DNA of 64,000 nucleotides from an uncultured delta proteobacterium (lineage in GTDB: Bacteria > Myxococcota_A > UBA9160 > UBA4427). Of the stretch, positions 30,991 through 41,673 are shown one piece after another. The stretch lies in the NCBI GenBank assembly GCA_963822965.1, contig CAWGJT010000005.1:1792001-1856000 (forward strand), given 5' to 3'. The notes below the pieces were generated by a model. That model was not told the DNA's origin. It saw only the letters and a list, made by a program, of their open reading frames with translations, and ran no database searches. Position 1 is the first letter of the stretch, and the number at the start of each line of letters is the position of its first letter. A program made the translations under genes and the position numbers.

Positions 30991-33054
30991 ATGTCGCACC
31001 CCGAAGCCCCGTCTCCGGCCCGGGAGCCCCGTCCCCGCATGCTGCACGGCGAGACGGTCGTCGACCCGTACGCGTGGATGCGCGCGCGAGAGAGCGAACG
31101 GGTGGCCGCCCACCTCGCCGCCGAGAACGCGTACACCGAGACCGTGCTCGCCCCCCAGGCCGGTCTGCGCGAGACCGTCTTCCAGGAGATCAAGTCCCGC
31201 ATCCTCGAGACCGACCTCAGCGTGCCGGCGCGCAAGGGCGACTACTGGTACCTGGCCCGTACGGAGGAGGGGCAGCAGTACCCCATCTCGTGCCGGCGGC
31301 GGGGCGCCATCGACGGCCCCGAGCAGGTCCTGCTCGACGCCAACCTGCTGGCGGGCGATTCGCCGTACTTCGCCCTCGGCCTCTTCGAGGTGAGCCCGGA
31401 CCACGCCCTGGCCGCGTACTCGACGGACTTCACCGGCGCCGAGGAGTACGTGCTGCGCTTCCGCGACCTCGACTCGGGCCGCGACCTGGCGGACGAGATC
31501 GCGCGCACCACCTACGGCGGCGCCTTCTCGGCCGACTCGCGCTTCTTCTTCTACGTGCGGACGGACGACGCCCTGCGGCCGTACCAGCTGTGGCGCCACG
31601 AGATCGGAACCCCCGCCGACGCGGACGCCCTCGTCTTCCAGGAGGACGACGAGCGCTTCTTCCTGGCGGTGGACGCCACCCGCAGCGAGGAGTGGATCCT
31701 CCTCACCGTCCACAGCCAGACGACCAGCGAGGTGTGGGTACTGGAGGCGACCGCGCCGCGCGGGACGTTCCGGTGCATGCGGCCCCGCGTGGACGGCGTC
31801 GAGTACTGGGTAGAGCACGCCCGGGGCACCCGCGACGGCGGGCGCTTCGTGGTCCTCTCCACCCTCGACGCGCCCAACGGGCGCATCCTCGAGGCGAAGG
31901 TGACGGACCCGGGCGCCTGGAAGGAGATCCTGCCCCACCGCGGCGACGTGAAGCTCGACGGGCTGGACGCCTTCGAGCGCCACCTGGTGGTCTGGCGCCG
32001 GACCCAGGGAACGAGCGGAGTGAGCGTGCTGCCCCTCCTCGACGAGGGCTGCGGTCCGCCCCGCGACCTGGTCTTCGACGAGCCGGTCCGCACCGTGGGC
32101 GAGAGCGCCAACCTCGAGTACGCGACGCGCACCCTGCGCTTCACCTACGAGTCGCTGGTCACGCCGAGCGGGGTCTACGAAGAGGATCTGGACACGGGAG
32201 AGCGCCGGCTCCTCAAGCAGCAGCCCGTGCTCGGCGGCTACCGAACGGCGGACTGGGAATCGCGCCGCGAGTGGGCGACGGCCGCCGACGGCACCCGCAT
32301 CCCCATCTCGCTCATCCAGCGCCGGGGCGCGCCCCGGGACGGCTCGGCGCCGCTGGTCCTCTACGGCTACGGGGCCTACGAGGAGAACAGCGATCCGTGG
32401 TTCTCGGCGGGCCGGCTCTCGCTGCTCGAGCGCGGCGTGGTCTTCGCCATCGCCCACGTGCGCGGCGGCGGCGAGCTCGGCAAGGCCTGGCACGAGCAGG
32501 GACGGCTCGCCCACAAGGCCAACAGCTTCGGCGACTTCGTGGCCTGCGCCGAGCATCTGGTGGCGGCGGGCTACACGTCCGCGGACCGGCTGGCCGCACG
32601 CGGCGCCAGCGCGGGGGGGCTGCTGGTCGCGGCCGCCCTGAACCTGCGGCCCGACCTCTTCCGGGCGGTGGTCGCCGAGGTGCCCTTCGTGGACTGCATC
32701 AACACGCTGCTCGACGAGACCCTGCCGCTCACGGTCACGGAGTGGGAGGAGTGGGGCAATCCCGCGATCCCCGAGCAGTACCGCTGGCTGCGCGCCTGGA
32801 CCCCCTACGAGACCCTCACCCCCCACGCCTGGCCCCGGCTGCTCGCGACGGCCGGCCTGAACGATCCGCGGGTGTCGTACTGGGAGCCCGCCAAGTGGGT
32901 GGCGGCCCTGCGCGACGTCGGCACGGGCAACGAGCCGATCCTGCTCAAGACCGAGATGGGCGCGGGCCACGGGGGACCCTCGGGCCGCTACGACGCCTGG
33001 CGCGACGAGGCGCTGGTCCTGGCCTTCCTGCTGGACGCCTTCGGGCTCGCGTAG
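30991..33054 (+). CDS. ptrB: Oligopeptidase B (S9A)
   Basis: DPYAWMR, YGYGAY, HVRGGGE, GASAGG, NDPRV and GH. Confidence 0.93.
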   Translation: MSHPEAPSPAREPRPRMLHGETVVDPYAWMRARESERVAAHLAAENAYTETVLAPQAGLRETVFQEIKSRILETDLSVPARKGDYWYLARTEEGQQYPISCRRRGAIDGPEQVLLDANLLAGDSPYFALGLFEVSPDHALAAYSTDFTGAEEYVLRFRDLDSGRDLADEIARTTYGGAFSADSRFFFYVRTDDALRPYQLWRHEIGTPADADALVFQEDDERFFLAVDATRSEEWILLTVHSQTTSEVWVLEATAPRGTFRCMRPRVDGVEYWVEHARGTRDGGRFVVLSTLDAPNGRILEAKVTDPGAWKEILPHRGDVKLDGLDAFERHLVVWRRTQGTSGVSVLPLLDEGCGPPRDLVFDEPVRTVGESANLEYATRTLRFTYESLVTPSGVYEEDLDTGERRLLKQQPVLGGYRTADWESRREWATAADGTRIPISLIQRRGAPRDGSAPLVLYGYGAYEENSDPWFSAGRLSLLERGVVFAIAHVRGGGELGKAWHEQGRLAHKANSFGDFVACAEHLVAAGYTSADRLAARGASAGGLLVAAALNLRPDLFRAVVAEVPFVDCINTLLDETLPLTVTEWEEWGNPAIPEQYRWLRAWTPYETLTPHAWPRLLATAGLNDPRVSYWEPAKWVAALRDVGTGNEPILLKTEMGAGHGGPSGRYDAWRDEALVLAFLLDAFGLA

Positions 33055-33105
33055 GCGTCCCGCCGCGCGAGGTGAGGGAGCTTCGAGCGCCCGCTAATCT
33101 CGTGG

Positions 33106-34410
33106 GTGTTGGACATCATCCGCTCGTTCCTCTCGCCCCCCATCTCCGCCGAGCCCGAGCAGAGCACCGCGAAGCTCGTCTGGGTGGTGCGCCTGCGCTG
33201 GATCGCCATCACCGCGCAGTGTCTCACCGTGATTCCGGCCCTCGAGTTCCAGCTCCTCGAGCCCGGCCTGCTGCCCGACTTCGCGGGCGTGATCGTGCTG
33301 CTCGTGACCCTGAACCTGGTGACCTGGGCCGCCCTGCGCCGGGGCTTCCGGGCCACCCCGAACCGCATCCTCTTCCAGCTGTGCTGCGACATCTTCGGGC
33401 TCTCGGCCATGCTGGCGCTGACCGGCGGCGCCTGGAACCCGATGGTGCCCATCCTGTTCGTCCACACCGGTCTCGGCGCCCTGCTGCTCGAGGGCCAGAA
33501 GAGCTTCCTCTTCTTCACGGTGCTGATCGGCTGCCTGCTGCTGCTGCAGGCCTTCTCGCACATCCCGCCCGGCATCGAGGGGTCGCTGCTGCCGCGCAGG
33601 ATCCTCTTCCCCGCCCAGCTGGTGGTGGCCGGCGTCTTCTGGATCCTGACGGCGTGGCTCTCGCGCACTCTCACCGCCATGACCGCCCACTTCGCGCTGC
33701 TGCGCGAGCGCAAGACGGGAATCGACCGCCTGCGGGCGGTGGGCGCCCTGGCGGCCGGGCTCTCCCACGAGCTGGCGACGCCCCTCAACACCGCGCAGCT
33801 CAAGCTGGCGCGCCTGGCACGCACCCGGGAGCTGGACGACGACGTCGACCTGCGGACCGCCGCCGAGGCCCTGGAGCACTGCCGGGACGTGCTGCGGCAC
33901 ATGGCCGGAGCGCCGCTGCATCCCGATCGCCTCCACCTCGAGGTGGTGGACGTCGACGAGATCGTGAGCCAGGTGTGCGCCAGCATCCAGCTCGAGCACG
34001 AGGACGTGGGCATCCACATCCACACCCACGGTCCCGCGCCGCGACGGGCCCTGATTCCGGCGGTGGCGTTCTCCCAGGCGCTCATCAACCTGGTCGACAA
34101 CGCCATCGAGGCCGGCGGCGGCGCGCCGGTGGAGGTCACCATCGACAAGATCGACGGCCAGACCGAGGTGGCGATCCTCGACCGCGGCAAAGGCTGGCCG
34201 GAGGTCGTACGCTCCCACATCGGCGAGCCCTTCGTGACCACCAAGCCCGACGGCGTGGGGCTCGGCCTGTACTTCGTCCACAGCCTGGCAGCCGCGGTCG
34301 GCGCCGAGCTGCTGCTCGAGGACCGCAGCGAAGGTGGCGCCGTGGCCCGCGTGCGCTTCCCGCGCGTGAGCACGGTGGCGACGGGCCCCATGGAGGCGAC
34401 GGGCCAGTGA
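33106..34410 (+). CDS. RegB/PrrB/ActS-like histidine kinase
   Basis: LRWIAI, TGGAWNP, HELATPL and EPFVTTK..GVGLG. Confidence 0.88.
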   Translation: MLDIIRSFLSPPISAEPEQSTAKLVWVVRLRWIAITAQCLTVIPALEFQLLEPGLLPDFAGVIVLLVTLNLVTWAALRRGFRATPNRILFQLCCDIFGLSAMLALTGGAWNPMVPILFVHTGLGALLLEGQKSFLFFTVLIGCLLLLQAFSHIPPGIEGSLLPRRILFPAQLVVAGVFWILTAWLSRTLTAMTAHFALLRERKTGIDRLRAVGALAAGLSHELATPLNTAQLKLARLARTRELDDDVDLRTAAEALEHCRDVLRHMAGAPLHPDRLHLEVVDVDEIVSQVCASIQLEHEDVGIHIHTHGPAPRRALIPAVAFSQALINLVDNAIEAGGGAPVEVTIDKIDGQTEVAILDRGKGWPEVVRSHIGEPFVTTKPDGVGLGLYFVHSLAAAVGAELLLEDRSEGGAVARVRFPRVSTVATGPMEATGQ

Positions 34411-34411
34411 C

Positions 34412-34957
34412 ATGAGCGACCCCCACGCCGACAGGACGCTCCTCATCGTCGAGGACAACACGCGCTTCGCCGACACTCTCGGCACCGAGCTGCAGGACCG
34501 CGGCTACGCGGTGGAGAGCCTGCCCTCGCTGGCGGCCGTGCGGGAGGCCGACGTCTCGCGCTTCCGCTACGCGGTCGTCGACCTGCGGCTGCGCCAGGAC
34601 AGCGGCCTCGACGTGATCCAGGAGATCAAGAGCCAGAACCCCGACGTGCACATCGTGGTGCTCACGGGCTACGGCAGCATCGCCACCGCGGTGCAGGCCA
34701 CCAAGCTCGGCGCCGCCCACTACCTCACCAAGCCGGTGGACATCGACGAGGTGGAGCGCGCGCTCCAGACCGAAGAGGTGGCCAACGAAGAAGTGCCGAT
34801 CCCCACGGAGTTCCAGAGCCTCTACCGTCACGAGCGCGAGTACATCGAGTTCGTGCTCGCCGAGTGCGAGGGCAACATCAGCCAGGCGGCCCGGCGCCTC
34901 GGACTCCATCGCCAGAGCCTGCAGCGCAAGCTGCGGAAGTACACACCCACCACCTGA
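34412..34957 (+). CDS. RegA/PrrA/ActR-like response regulator
   Basis: LTGYGSIATAV and NISQAARRLGLHRQSLQRKL. Confidence 0.92.
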   Translation: MSDPHADRTLLIVEDNTRFADTLGTELQDRGYAVESLPSLAAVREADVSRFRYAVVDLRLRQDSGLDVIQEIKSQNPDVHIVVLTGYGSIATAVQATKLGAAHYLTKPVDIDEVERALQTEEVANEEVPIPTEFQSLYRHEREYIEFVLAECEGNISQAARRLGLHRQSLQRKLRKYTPTT

Positions 34958-35003
34958 GCGGGGTGGAGGGGTGGAGGGGAAGGGAGGCGCGCCCGGCGGC
35001 CGG

Positions 35004-36854
35004 TCAGGCCAGGGGCAGCCGCAAGGTCACCCGGGTGCCTGCGCGGCTCTCCGACCCCGAGGCCGGCGACACGATCTCGATCTCCGCGTCCACCAGGCGG
35101 GCCCGCTCGCGCATGTTCGTGAGACCGCGCCCCCGGCGCGGTGACGCGGGCAGGCCTACGCCGTCGTCGTGGATCGAGAGGAAGACGTGCGCGCGCCGCG
35201 TCTCCGACGCCGGGCAGGTGCCGGTCTGCAGGGTGATCGTCGAGGCGTCGGCATGCTTCACGATGTTCGTGATCACCTCCTGCACGATCCGGAGCACCTG
35301 CAGCACCCCGGCCGGCTCGAGGGCCGGCAGGTCGGGGACGTCCTCCACGTGCCACGCGAAGCGCAGGCCCCGGCGTGCCAGCCGGGGCTCCACGCGCTCG
35401 CGCACGACCGCCAGCATCGAGAGCAGGTCCGCCTCGCTGGGGTCGAGCGAGTGCACCATCAGCCGCAGGTCGTCGAGGCTGTCGCGCAGGGCCTCCGCCA
35501 GCTCCTCGGGCTCGAAGCGACCGCTCTCCACCATCGCCAGGGTCGAGACGAGCTGGCCGCCCAGGCCGTCGTGCATGTCGCGCAGCATGCGCTCGCGCTC
35601 GGCCAGAACCACCTGCTCGCGCTCGATCGCGCGCAGGCGCTCGAAGTTGCGCTCGAGCTCGGCCCGCTTCTCCGCCACCCGCGCGTCCAGCTCCCGGTTG
35701 AGGCTTCGCGACTCGGCCAGCGCCATCCGGGTGCGGGTGAGGTGCACGCTCACGAGGCCCAGGGTGATCATGCCGCTGGCATAGACCAGCAGCACCTGGT
35801 CGAAGAGGAAGTGCCCCGTCGCGAAGCCCACCACGTCGTGCACGGCGAACAGGCCCACCCCCACCAGCGGGAAGAGGGCCGCCAGGGCGTGCATGCCCGA
35901 GAGCGTGCGGGCTACGCCCACCAGCAGCACCGCGACGTAGACGCAGAGGGCGGCCGTCGGAATCGCCCACACCACGGCGACCGCGTACGTGAAGATCGGC
36001 GGCACCGCGAAGGTCAGGGCGGCGAACCCCGCGGAGACGCCCAGCATCCAGTGCTCGAGGCGCCGTCTCCGCAGGCTTCGGATGCGGTGCAGGGCGAACG
36101 CGAAGCACACCACCGAGAACTGGTAGAGCGAGGGACGCAGCGGCTCGACGAGGCGGGCGGGCAGCGGGTTGTCGGCGAACACGCCCGTCACGGCCAGGGA
36201 GCTGCACAGCAGCCCGGCCGAGAGCCAGGCCACGGAGCGGGCGTCCGGGTCGTTCCAGTAGACCAGCACCAGCAGCACGGCCACGACGATGCCCGCCAGC
36301 GAGAAGATCAGCGGAAGCTGGCGGGAGAACGCGAGCTTCTGCTCGTAGGCGGGCAGCAGCTTCGAGCGCGGGCCGACGATGGGCGCCCGCAGATAGTCGG
36401 GGACCGACGCCGTCGCCCGGAAGCGCACGTACAGCACGTTGTCGCCGGCGCCGACCCAGGCCTCGGGAACCGGCAGCAGGAGCGGCCCGCGCACGTGCCG
36501 CGTGTCGTCCTCCCGGTAGGGGCCGCTGTCGCCCAGACGTTCCCCGTTCCAGTAGACGGTGACGTGGCCCGAGAAGCCCGGCAGGTAGACGGCCAGGGGC
36601 TCGCTCGCAGTCCTCGCCGCGGGAAGCGTGAAGCGGCCCCGGTACCAGCCTTCGAGCGAGCGCAGTCGACGCCCCAGCCCCCAGGCGTCCGGCATCGAAA
36701 CGGTCTGCCATTCCGAGTCCAGGGCCATGGGCGGCTTCGCGGACGGCCCGAGCCACAGCTCCATGGGCCGGAGGCTGACGATGTCGGAGCCCTGGGGCGG
36801 GCCGCAGCCCAGCAGCACCAGGGCGAGGAGCAGCGCGCGTCCGGCGCCCCTCAT
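35004..36854 (-). CDS. Multi-TM histidine kinase (HisKA_3) with extracellular sugar-binding-like domain
   Basis: ERERMLRDMHDGLG, NIVKHA and DDGVG; about 7 TM segments. Confidence 0.88.
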   Translation of the reverse strand: MRGAGRALLLALVLLGCGPPQGSDIVSLRPMELWLGPSAKPPMALDSEWQTVSMPDAWGLGRRLRSLEGWYRGRFTLPAARTASEPLAVYLPGFSGHVTVYWNGERLGDSGPYREDDTRHVRGPLLLPVPEAWVGAGDNVLYVRFRATASVPDYLRAPIVGPRSKLLPAYEQKLAFSRQLPLIFSLAGIVVAVLLVLVYWNDPDARSVAWLSAGLLCSSLAVTGVFADNPLPARLVEPLRPSLYQFSVVCFAFALHRIRSLRRRRLEHWMLGVSAGFAALTFAVPPIFTYAVAVVWAIPTAALCVYVAVLLVGVARTLSGMHALAALFPLVGVGLFAVHDVVGFATGHFLFDQVLLVYASGMITLGLVSVHLTRTRMALAESRSLNRELDARVAEKRAELERNFERLRAIEREQVVLAERERMLRDMHDGLGGQLVSTLAMVESGRFEPEELAEALRDSLDDLRLMVHSLDPSEADLLSMLAVVRERVEPRLARRGLRFAWHVEDVPDLPALEPAGVLQVLRIVQEVITNIVKHADASTITLQTGTCPASETRRAHVFLSIHDDGVGLPASPRRGRGLTNMRERARLVDAEIEIVSPASGSESRAGTRVTLRLPLA

Positions 36855-37525
36855 TCGTCGATCTGCACCAGCCCGAGCTGGAGTGCCTCGTAGATGGCTT
36901 CGCCCCGGGAGTGCACCGAGAGCTTGCGATAGATCCCCCGCACGTGGGTGGTCACCGTGTGGGGCGACACGTCCATGATGCGCGCGATCTCGGGAACGTT
37001 GAAGCCCTTCACCACGTAGCGCAGCACCTCGTGCTCGCGGCCGGAGAGGTGCGGCACCTCCTCCCTGGCCGCGGCGTCCTCGGGCGGCGCGGGCTTCAGC
37101 CGGCGCAGCAGGTGACGCGCGATGGCCGCGCTGATCGGGGAGCCGCCACCCAGCATCTCGAGGATGGCGGCGGCGAGCTGATCGGCGCGGCCGTCCTTCA
37201 GCAGGTAGCCGAGCGCACCCGCCTCAATGGCGGCGAGCACGTGTCGTTCGTCGCCGAAGACGGTCACCACCATGCAGAGCGTCTCGGGACGGGCGGCCAC
37301 GGCCGCCCGGATGAGGTCGGTCCCGTCGCCGTCGGGCAGCCCGAGATCGGTGAGCAGCACGTCGGGCCGGAAGCGCTCGAGCGCGGCCCGCCCCTCGGCG
37401 AACGACTCGACCGCCGCCACCAGGTCGAGTTCGGAGCGCGACGCCACCACCTCCGCGAGACGCTCGCGGGTGCGGGCATCGTCTTCGACGAGCAGCAACG
37501 ACCTGGGCCGATCGGGCTTCGCCAC
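36851..37525 (-). CDS. NarL/LuxR response regulator
   Basis: Receiver domain plus LSGREHEVL...SPHTVTTHVRGIYRKL. Confidence 0.93.
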   Translation of the reverse strand: MAKPDRPRSLLLVEDDARTRERLAEVVASRSELDLVAAVESFAEGRAALERFRPDVLLTDLGLPDGDGTDLIRAAVAARPETLCMVVTVFGDERHVLAAIEAGALGYLLKDGRADQLAAAILEMLGGGSPISAAIARHLLRRLKPAPPEDAAAREEVPHLSGREHEVLRYVVKGFNVPEIARIMDVSPHTVTTHVRGIYRKLSVHSRGEAIYEALQLGLVQIDE

Positions 37526-37775
37526 CGGATAGCACCCCGTGTGAGTTTCGTTCGATTCTACCCCGGGGGCAGCCCCCGCCTCCTCCCCGAATCGGGGGAA
37601 GCGTCAGCCGAGCATCGGGAAACGAGGCCGACGGCGCCGCAACCAGAAGCTTGCCGATCGCGGGACCCGAGCCGCCGGTCGGCTGCCGTCCAGCTGCCGG
37701 TCGGCTGCGCATGAGCTCCCATGTCTCAGCGACACCGCTCATCTTTTTCCTCGGTGGGTGCCGATAAGAAGCCCG

Positions 37776-38630
37776 ATGACCTGCACCGCCAAAGTACTGT
37801 TGCGACGGCTGGGCAGCCTGACGGCAATGGCTCTCGCCGTCGCCGTGCTGCCGCACGCGGCCCACGCGCTGCCGGTTCCGCCCACCTTCAACTGGGACGC
37901 CAGCAACCCCGGGGCGACCGCGGGCCAGTGGTCGGCCGACGTCGGCTCGCAGCAGTGGACCGTGACCGGCGCCACGCAGACGACGCCCACCACGTCGCTG
38001 CCCGGGATCCAGGGCGCCTTCCAGGTCGGTGCCGGCGACTCGATCACGAGCAGCTCGTTCCAGACCATTGCCAGCGCCAACCCATCGAACGAGGACCTGA
38101 GCCTGGAGCTGTGGTTCCGCCCGACCAGCATGAGCGGAGGCCAGCAGGTGCTCTTCGAGACCGGCGGCAACCAGACCGGCCTCTCCATCCTGCTCGACGA
38201 CAGCCAGCTCCTGTTCCGCGTGAAGGACGGCGGCTCGAGCCTGACCCTGAGCTACGACCTCGGGACCGACCCCTCGGAGTTCTTCCAGGTGGCGATCACG
38301 ATGCCCCTGGGTGGCACCGCCAACATGTACGTGGACGGCCTGCCCGTGGTCAGCGGTGACGCAGCCGCCATTGGCGACTGGACGAACAACGGCGGCGCCG
38401 CCCTCGGAAGCATCAACGGACAGATCGGCGGCAACGCCGGTGGCGACCTCGACGGCTTCGGGAACTTCGTGGGCGAGCTCAGCCTGCTGCGCTTCTACCG
38501 CAACCAGGTGCTGACGCCCGCGCAGGTGGCGCAGAACTACGCGGCGGTTCCCGAGCCGGGCACGGTGGTGCTCGTGGCTCTGGGGCTCGCGGGCCTGGTC
38601 TTCCACTCGCGCCGTCGCCCCACCCGCTGA
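37776..38630 (+). CDS. PEP-CTERM surface protein with LamG/ConA-like domain
   Basis: AHA signal cleavage site; SLELWFRP and MYVDG; C-terminal VPEPGT-TM-RRR. Confidence 0.88.
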   Translation: MTCTAKVLLRRLGSLTAMALAVAVLPHAAHALPVPPTFNWDASNPGATAGQWSADVGSQQWTVTGATQTTPTTSLPGIQGAFQVGAGDSITSSSFQTIASANPSNEDLSLELWFRPTSMSGGQQVLFETGGNQTGLSILLDDSQLLFRVKDGGSSLTLSYDLGTDPSEFFQVAITMPLGGTANMYVDGLPVVSGDAAAIGDWTNNGGAALGSINGQIGGNAGGDLDGFGNFVGELSLLRFYRNQVLTPAQVAQNYAAVPEPGTVVLVALGLAGLVFHSRRRPTR

Positions 38631-38679
38631 TCCAGCTCCCCGACCTCCCGGTCTTCTTCGCGCGGGCGCACCCGCCCCG

Positions 38680-40155
38680 TCAGGCCAGCGTCAGCATGCG
38701 GTGCGCGGCCCGGGTGGCCTGGGGGATCGGCACCTCGAACGGACACGCGTTCGCGCACGGCGCGCTGCAGCTCGTGCACACGTCGGCCCGGACGTCGAGT
38801 CGGGCGTACTGGCGCATGGCCTCGCGCTCGTCGCCGTAGTCCTCGAAGTACATCTTGAAGCGCAGCACGTCGTCGATGGGCAGGCCCTCGGGACAGCTCG
38901 AGAGGCAGGCCCCGCAGTGCTGGTAGCAGTGGCGGCCGGCAATCAGCCCGTCGTACTTCTCGAGGATCGCGTAGTCGGGCGGGCCGACAGGCTGTCCGGA
39001 AGCGTAGATGTACTCGTCGACGTTCGACGGCTCGCGGAACGAGACCACCAGACACGAGACGCTCGGGTTCGAGAGCACCCACTTGAAGGCCGCCTGGGTG
39101 TAGGAGTCCTGCTCGTCCCGCGACTCGAGCAGCCCCCGGTGCTTGGCGCCCTTCAGGGTCTTCATGGCGACGACGCCCATGTCGATGCCGTGGGCGCGGT
39201 CGATGATCTCCGCGAGCCGGGGCCAGGCGCCGTGGTGGTAGGCGAGCATCATCACGTCGAAGGCCCGGCTCTCGATCGCCTTCGAGGCCACCGCCTCGAG
39301 GTTCGGCGTGTGGGAGGAGAAGCCGAGGAAGCGCACCTTCCCCTGCTGCTTCAGGCGGTCGAAGGCCTCGTGGGCGTTCTCGGACATCAGTCGCTCGAGG
39401 GTGTCACAGGAGTGGATGTGGACGAGGTCCACGTAGTCGGTCTGCAGACGCCTCAGGCTCTCCTCCACGACCTGCATGTACTGCGCCACCGGGGCACCGG
39501 CGGGAAGGTGGCCGTGGGGCGTGCAGAACTTGGTGGCGACGAACATCTGGTCGCGCCGCCCCTGCATGGCCCGGCCGAGGGCCAGCTCGGAGCCCGTGTC
39601 GGAGTAGTCCGGCGCGGTGTCGAAGTAGTTGATGCCGCGCTCGATGGCCTCCCGGGCCACCTGCTCGCCCACCTCGCCCTTGACACGGCTCGAGCCGAGC
39701 GAGATGTCCGATACCTCGACGCCCGTGCGCCCCAGTCGTCGGTAGGACCGGATGCGCGCGCCCTCCCATTCGTCCCGAGGATGCTCGGCGCTCGTGGGCA
39801 CCTGCACCTGGATGTTCGGACCCGTGATCGTCAGCCAGCCGAGGTTGCGGCCGACGGCGGCCACCGCGCTGGCCACGAGGCCCCCGAAGCCCGCCGCCGC
39901 ACCGGCCAGGAAGCGGCGACGCCCGAGTCCCTCGGCGGGCTCACCGCCCGCGGTGGCTGCCCGGCCGAGGCCACGAGCCCACGTCACGGTGACTGCGAGC
40001 GCCGCCACGAACGCCGCGCCGGAGATCCACAGCGGCGTCTTCGAGAGGAGCGAGAGGTCGATGCCCTCGATCGCGAAGCCCAGCCACCGCCCGAAGGCCA
40101 CGTAGAAGACGAGGGCACACGCCGCCCAGGCGACGAGCACCATCCAGCCCCGCAT
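38680..40155 (-). CDS. Membrane-anchored aldo/keto reductase with C-terminal 4Fe-4S dicluster
   Basis: YRRLGRTG, FDTAPDY, ATK and LQTDYVD; CYQHCGACLSSCP and CTSCSAPCANACP. Confidence 0.88.
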   Translation of the reverse strand: MRGWMVLVAWAACALVFYVAFGRWLGFAIEGIDLSLLSKTPLWISGAAFVAALAVTVTWARGLGRAATAGGEPAEGLGRRRFLAGAAAGFGGLVASAVAAVGRNLGWLTITGPNIQVQVPTSAEHPRDEWEGARIRSYRRLGRTGVEVSDISLGSSRVKGEVGEQVAREAIERGINYFDTAPDYSDTGSELALGRAMQGRRDQMFVATKFCTPHGHLPAGAPVAQYMQVVEESLRRLQTDYVDLVHIHSCDTLERLMSENAHEAFDRLKQQGKVRFLGFSSHTPNLEAVASKAIESRAFDVMMLAYHHGAWPRLAEIIDRAHGIDMGVVAMKTLKGAKHRGLLESRDEQDSYTQAAFKWVLSNPSVSCLVVSFREPSNVDEYIYASGQPVGPPDYAILEKYDGLIAGRHCYQHCGACLSSCPEGLPIDDVLRFKMYFEDYGDEREAMRQYARLDVRADVCTSCSAPCANACPFEVPIPQATRAAHRMLTLA

Positions 40156-40287
40156 CCCGCCGCTCCGCCCCGTTCCCGTCGATCCGCTCAAGCCCGGCCC
40201 CCCCAACTGATGCGAGGGAGTGTAACGGCCCGAGCCCGTGCGCCTAGCACCCCCCGAACATGGAGCCTCAGCCCGACGTCACCGGCG

Positions 40288-41469
40288 CTAGCCGGTGACG
40301 TAGATAAAGTTCCCCTGCGGGTCGGACGTGCGCTCGGCGTTGCCGAGGATGCGCAGGTGCTCCAGGTGCGCGTAGGTCTCGCTCTCGGCCATGGGGCCCC
40401 AGCTCCGTTGCTTGAAGAGCTGTCGGGAGAAGGCCTGCACGCTGGCCGGCCCCAGCATCCGCGAGATCTCACGGACCCGCTCGAGGCGCTCGTCGTGGTG
40501 GCGCTTGATGGCCTCGCAGCGACCGGCGAGGTCTCCGAACGGGTGGCCGTGGGCGGGCAACGCCTGCTGCACGTCCGGCAGCGCCGCCACCGCATCCAGC
40601 GAATCGAAGAAGGCCTTCAGCGGGTCGTCGAAGCTCGACAGCCCGGAGATGTGCGGCGTGATGCTCGGCAGCACGTGGTCGCCCGCCAGGAAGAGGCCGT
40701 CCTCGCGGTTGTGCAGGCAGATGTGATCTTCCGTGTGACCGGGGGTGTGGACGACGAGCCACTCCCGGCCCGCGAGGCGCAGCACCTGCCCGGCGCGGGT
40801 CGGGTGGGTGATCGTCGGCACCCAGCCGCCGCGGCCCACGAGCCGCATGGCGCGCCACTTGAGTCGCGCGCTGAGCGGCGGGCGCGGCGGCTCACCGCCC
40901 CAGGGCGTCCGGTCGCCGAACTCCGACCGCTTCGGCACGCGTCCGGCAGGCGCCGAGGCGGCGCGAGGGGCGTCGCGATCGGCGGCGGGCTCCTGCTCGG
41001 TGTCGAGCCCGTGCTCGGCGGGCAGGTCGTCCACCGATACCTCGGGATGCTGCGGGGCCACCCCGAAGCGGAAGGCGTCGTGCGCCACCACCCGGGCACC
41101 CGACTGCTTGGCGAAGCGCGTGGCGCCGCCGAAGTGATCCGGATGGGAGTGGGTGACGACCACGGTGTGAACGTCCTTCACTCCGAGCCCGGCCTGCTTC
41201 AGACGCTTCTTGAGGGCGCTCCAGCTGTCTGGACCCGGCATTCCGGGGTCCACCACGGCGGCCCCCTCGGAATCGATCAGCGCGTAGCAGTTCACGTGGC
41301 CCAGGCCGGGCATGCGGATGGGCAGCTCCATGCGGAGCACGTTCGGCGCGATCTCGGTGATCTCGCTGCGCGCGGCCTCCTGCTCCTGCTTCCGAGGCTT
41401 GCCGCCCGAAGCGTGGGAAGGCTGCGGTGCCGCCGCCGGCGCGGCCTGCTGTTCCCGGGGCTGTTGCAT
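40288..41469 (-). CDS. MBL-fold metallo-hydrolase
   Basis: THSHPDH, HTPGHT, GDH and PAHG. Confidence 0.92.
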   Translation of the reverse strand: MQQPREQQAAPAAAPQPSHASGGKPRKQEQEAARSEITEIAPNVLRMELPIRMPGLGHVNCYALIDSEGAAVVDPGMPGPDSWSALKKRLKQAGLGVKDVHTVVVTHSHPDHFGGATRFAKQSGARVVAHDAFRFGVAPQHPEVSVDDLPAEHGLDTEQEPAADRDAPRAASAPAGRVPKRSEFGDRTPWGGEPPRPPLSARLKWRAMRLVGRGGWVPTITHPTRAGQVLRLAGREWLVVHTPGHTEDHICLHNREDGLFLAGDHVLPSITPHISGLSSFDDPLKAFFDSLDAVAALPDVQQALPAHGHPFGDLAGRCEAIKRHHDERLERVREISRMLGPASVQAFSRQLFKQRSWGPMAESETYAHLEHLRILGNAERTSDPQGNFIYVTG

Positions 41470-41673
41470 GGACTCGCCAGACTAGCAGGCCGACCCGAGA
41501 TGGGCCGGCTCGCACGGCAGGCCGAGCCCGCCGGAAGCCCGTCCCGTCGCGCGACGCGGATCACCTTCCTGGGGCACAATGCGGGGGCGATCACGGGCAG
41601 CAGGCGCGGTCCCAGCGCGGGCCGCGCGGCCACGAGGACGACACGGGCGACGGGGCCCACGAGGAGACGAGAC

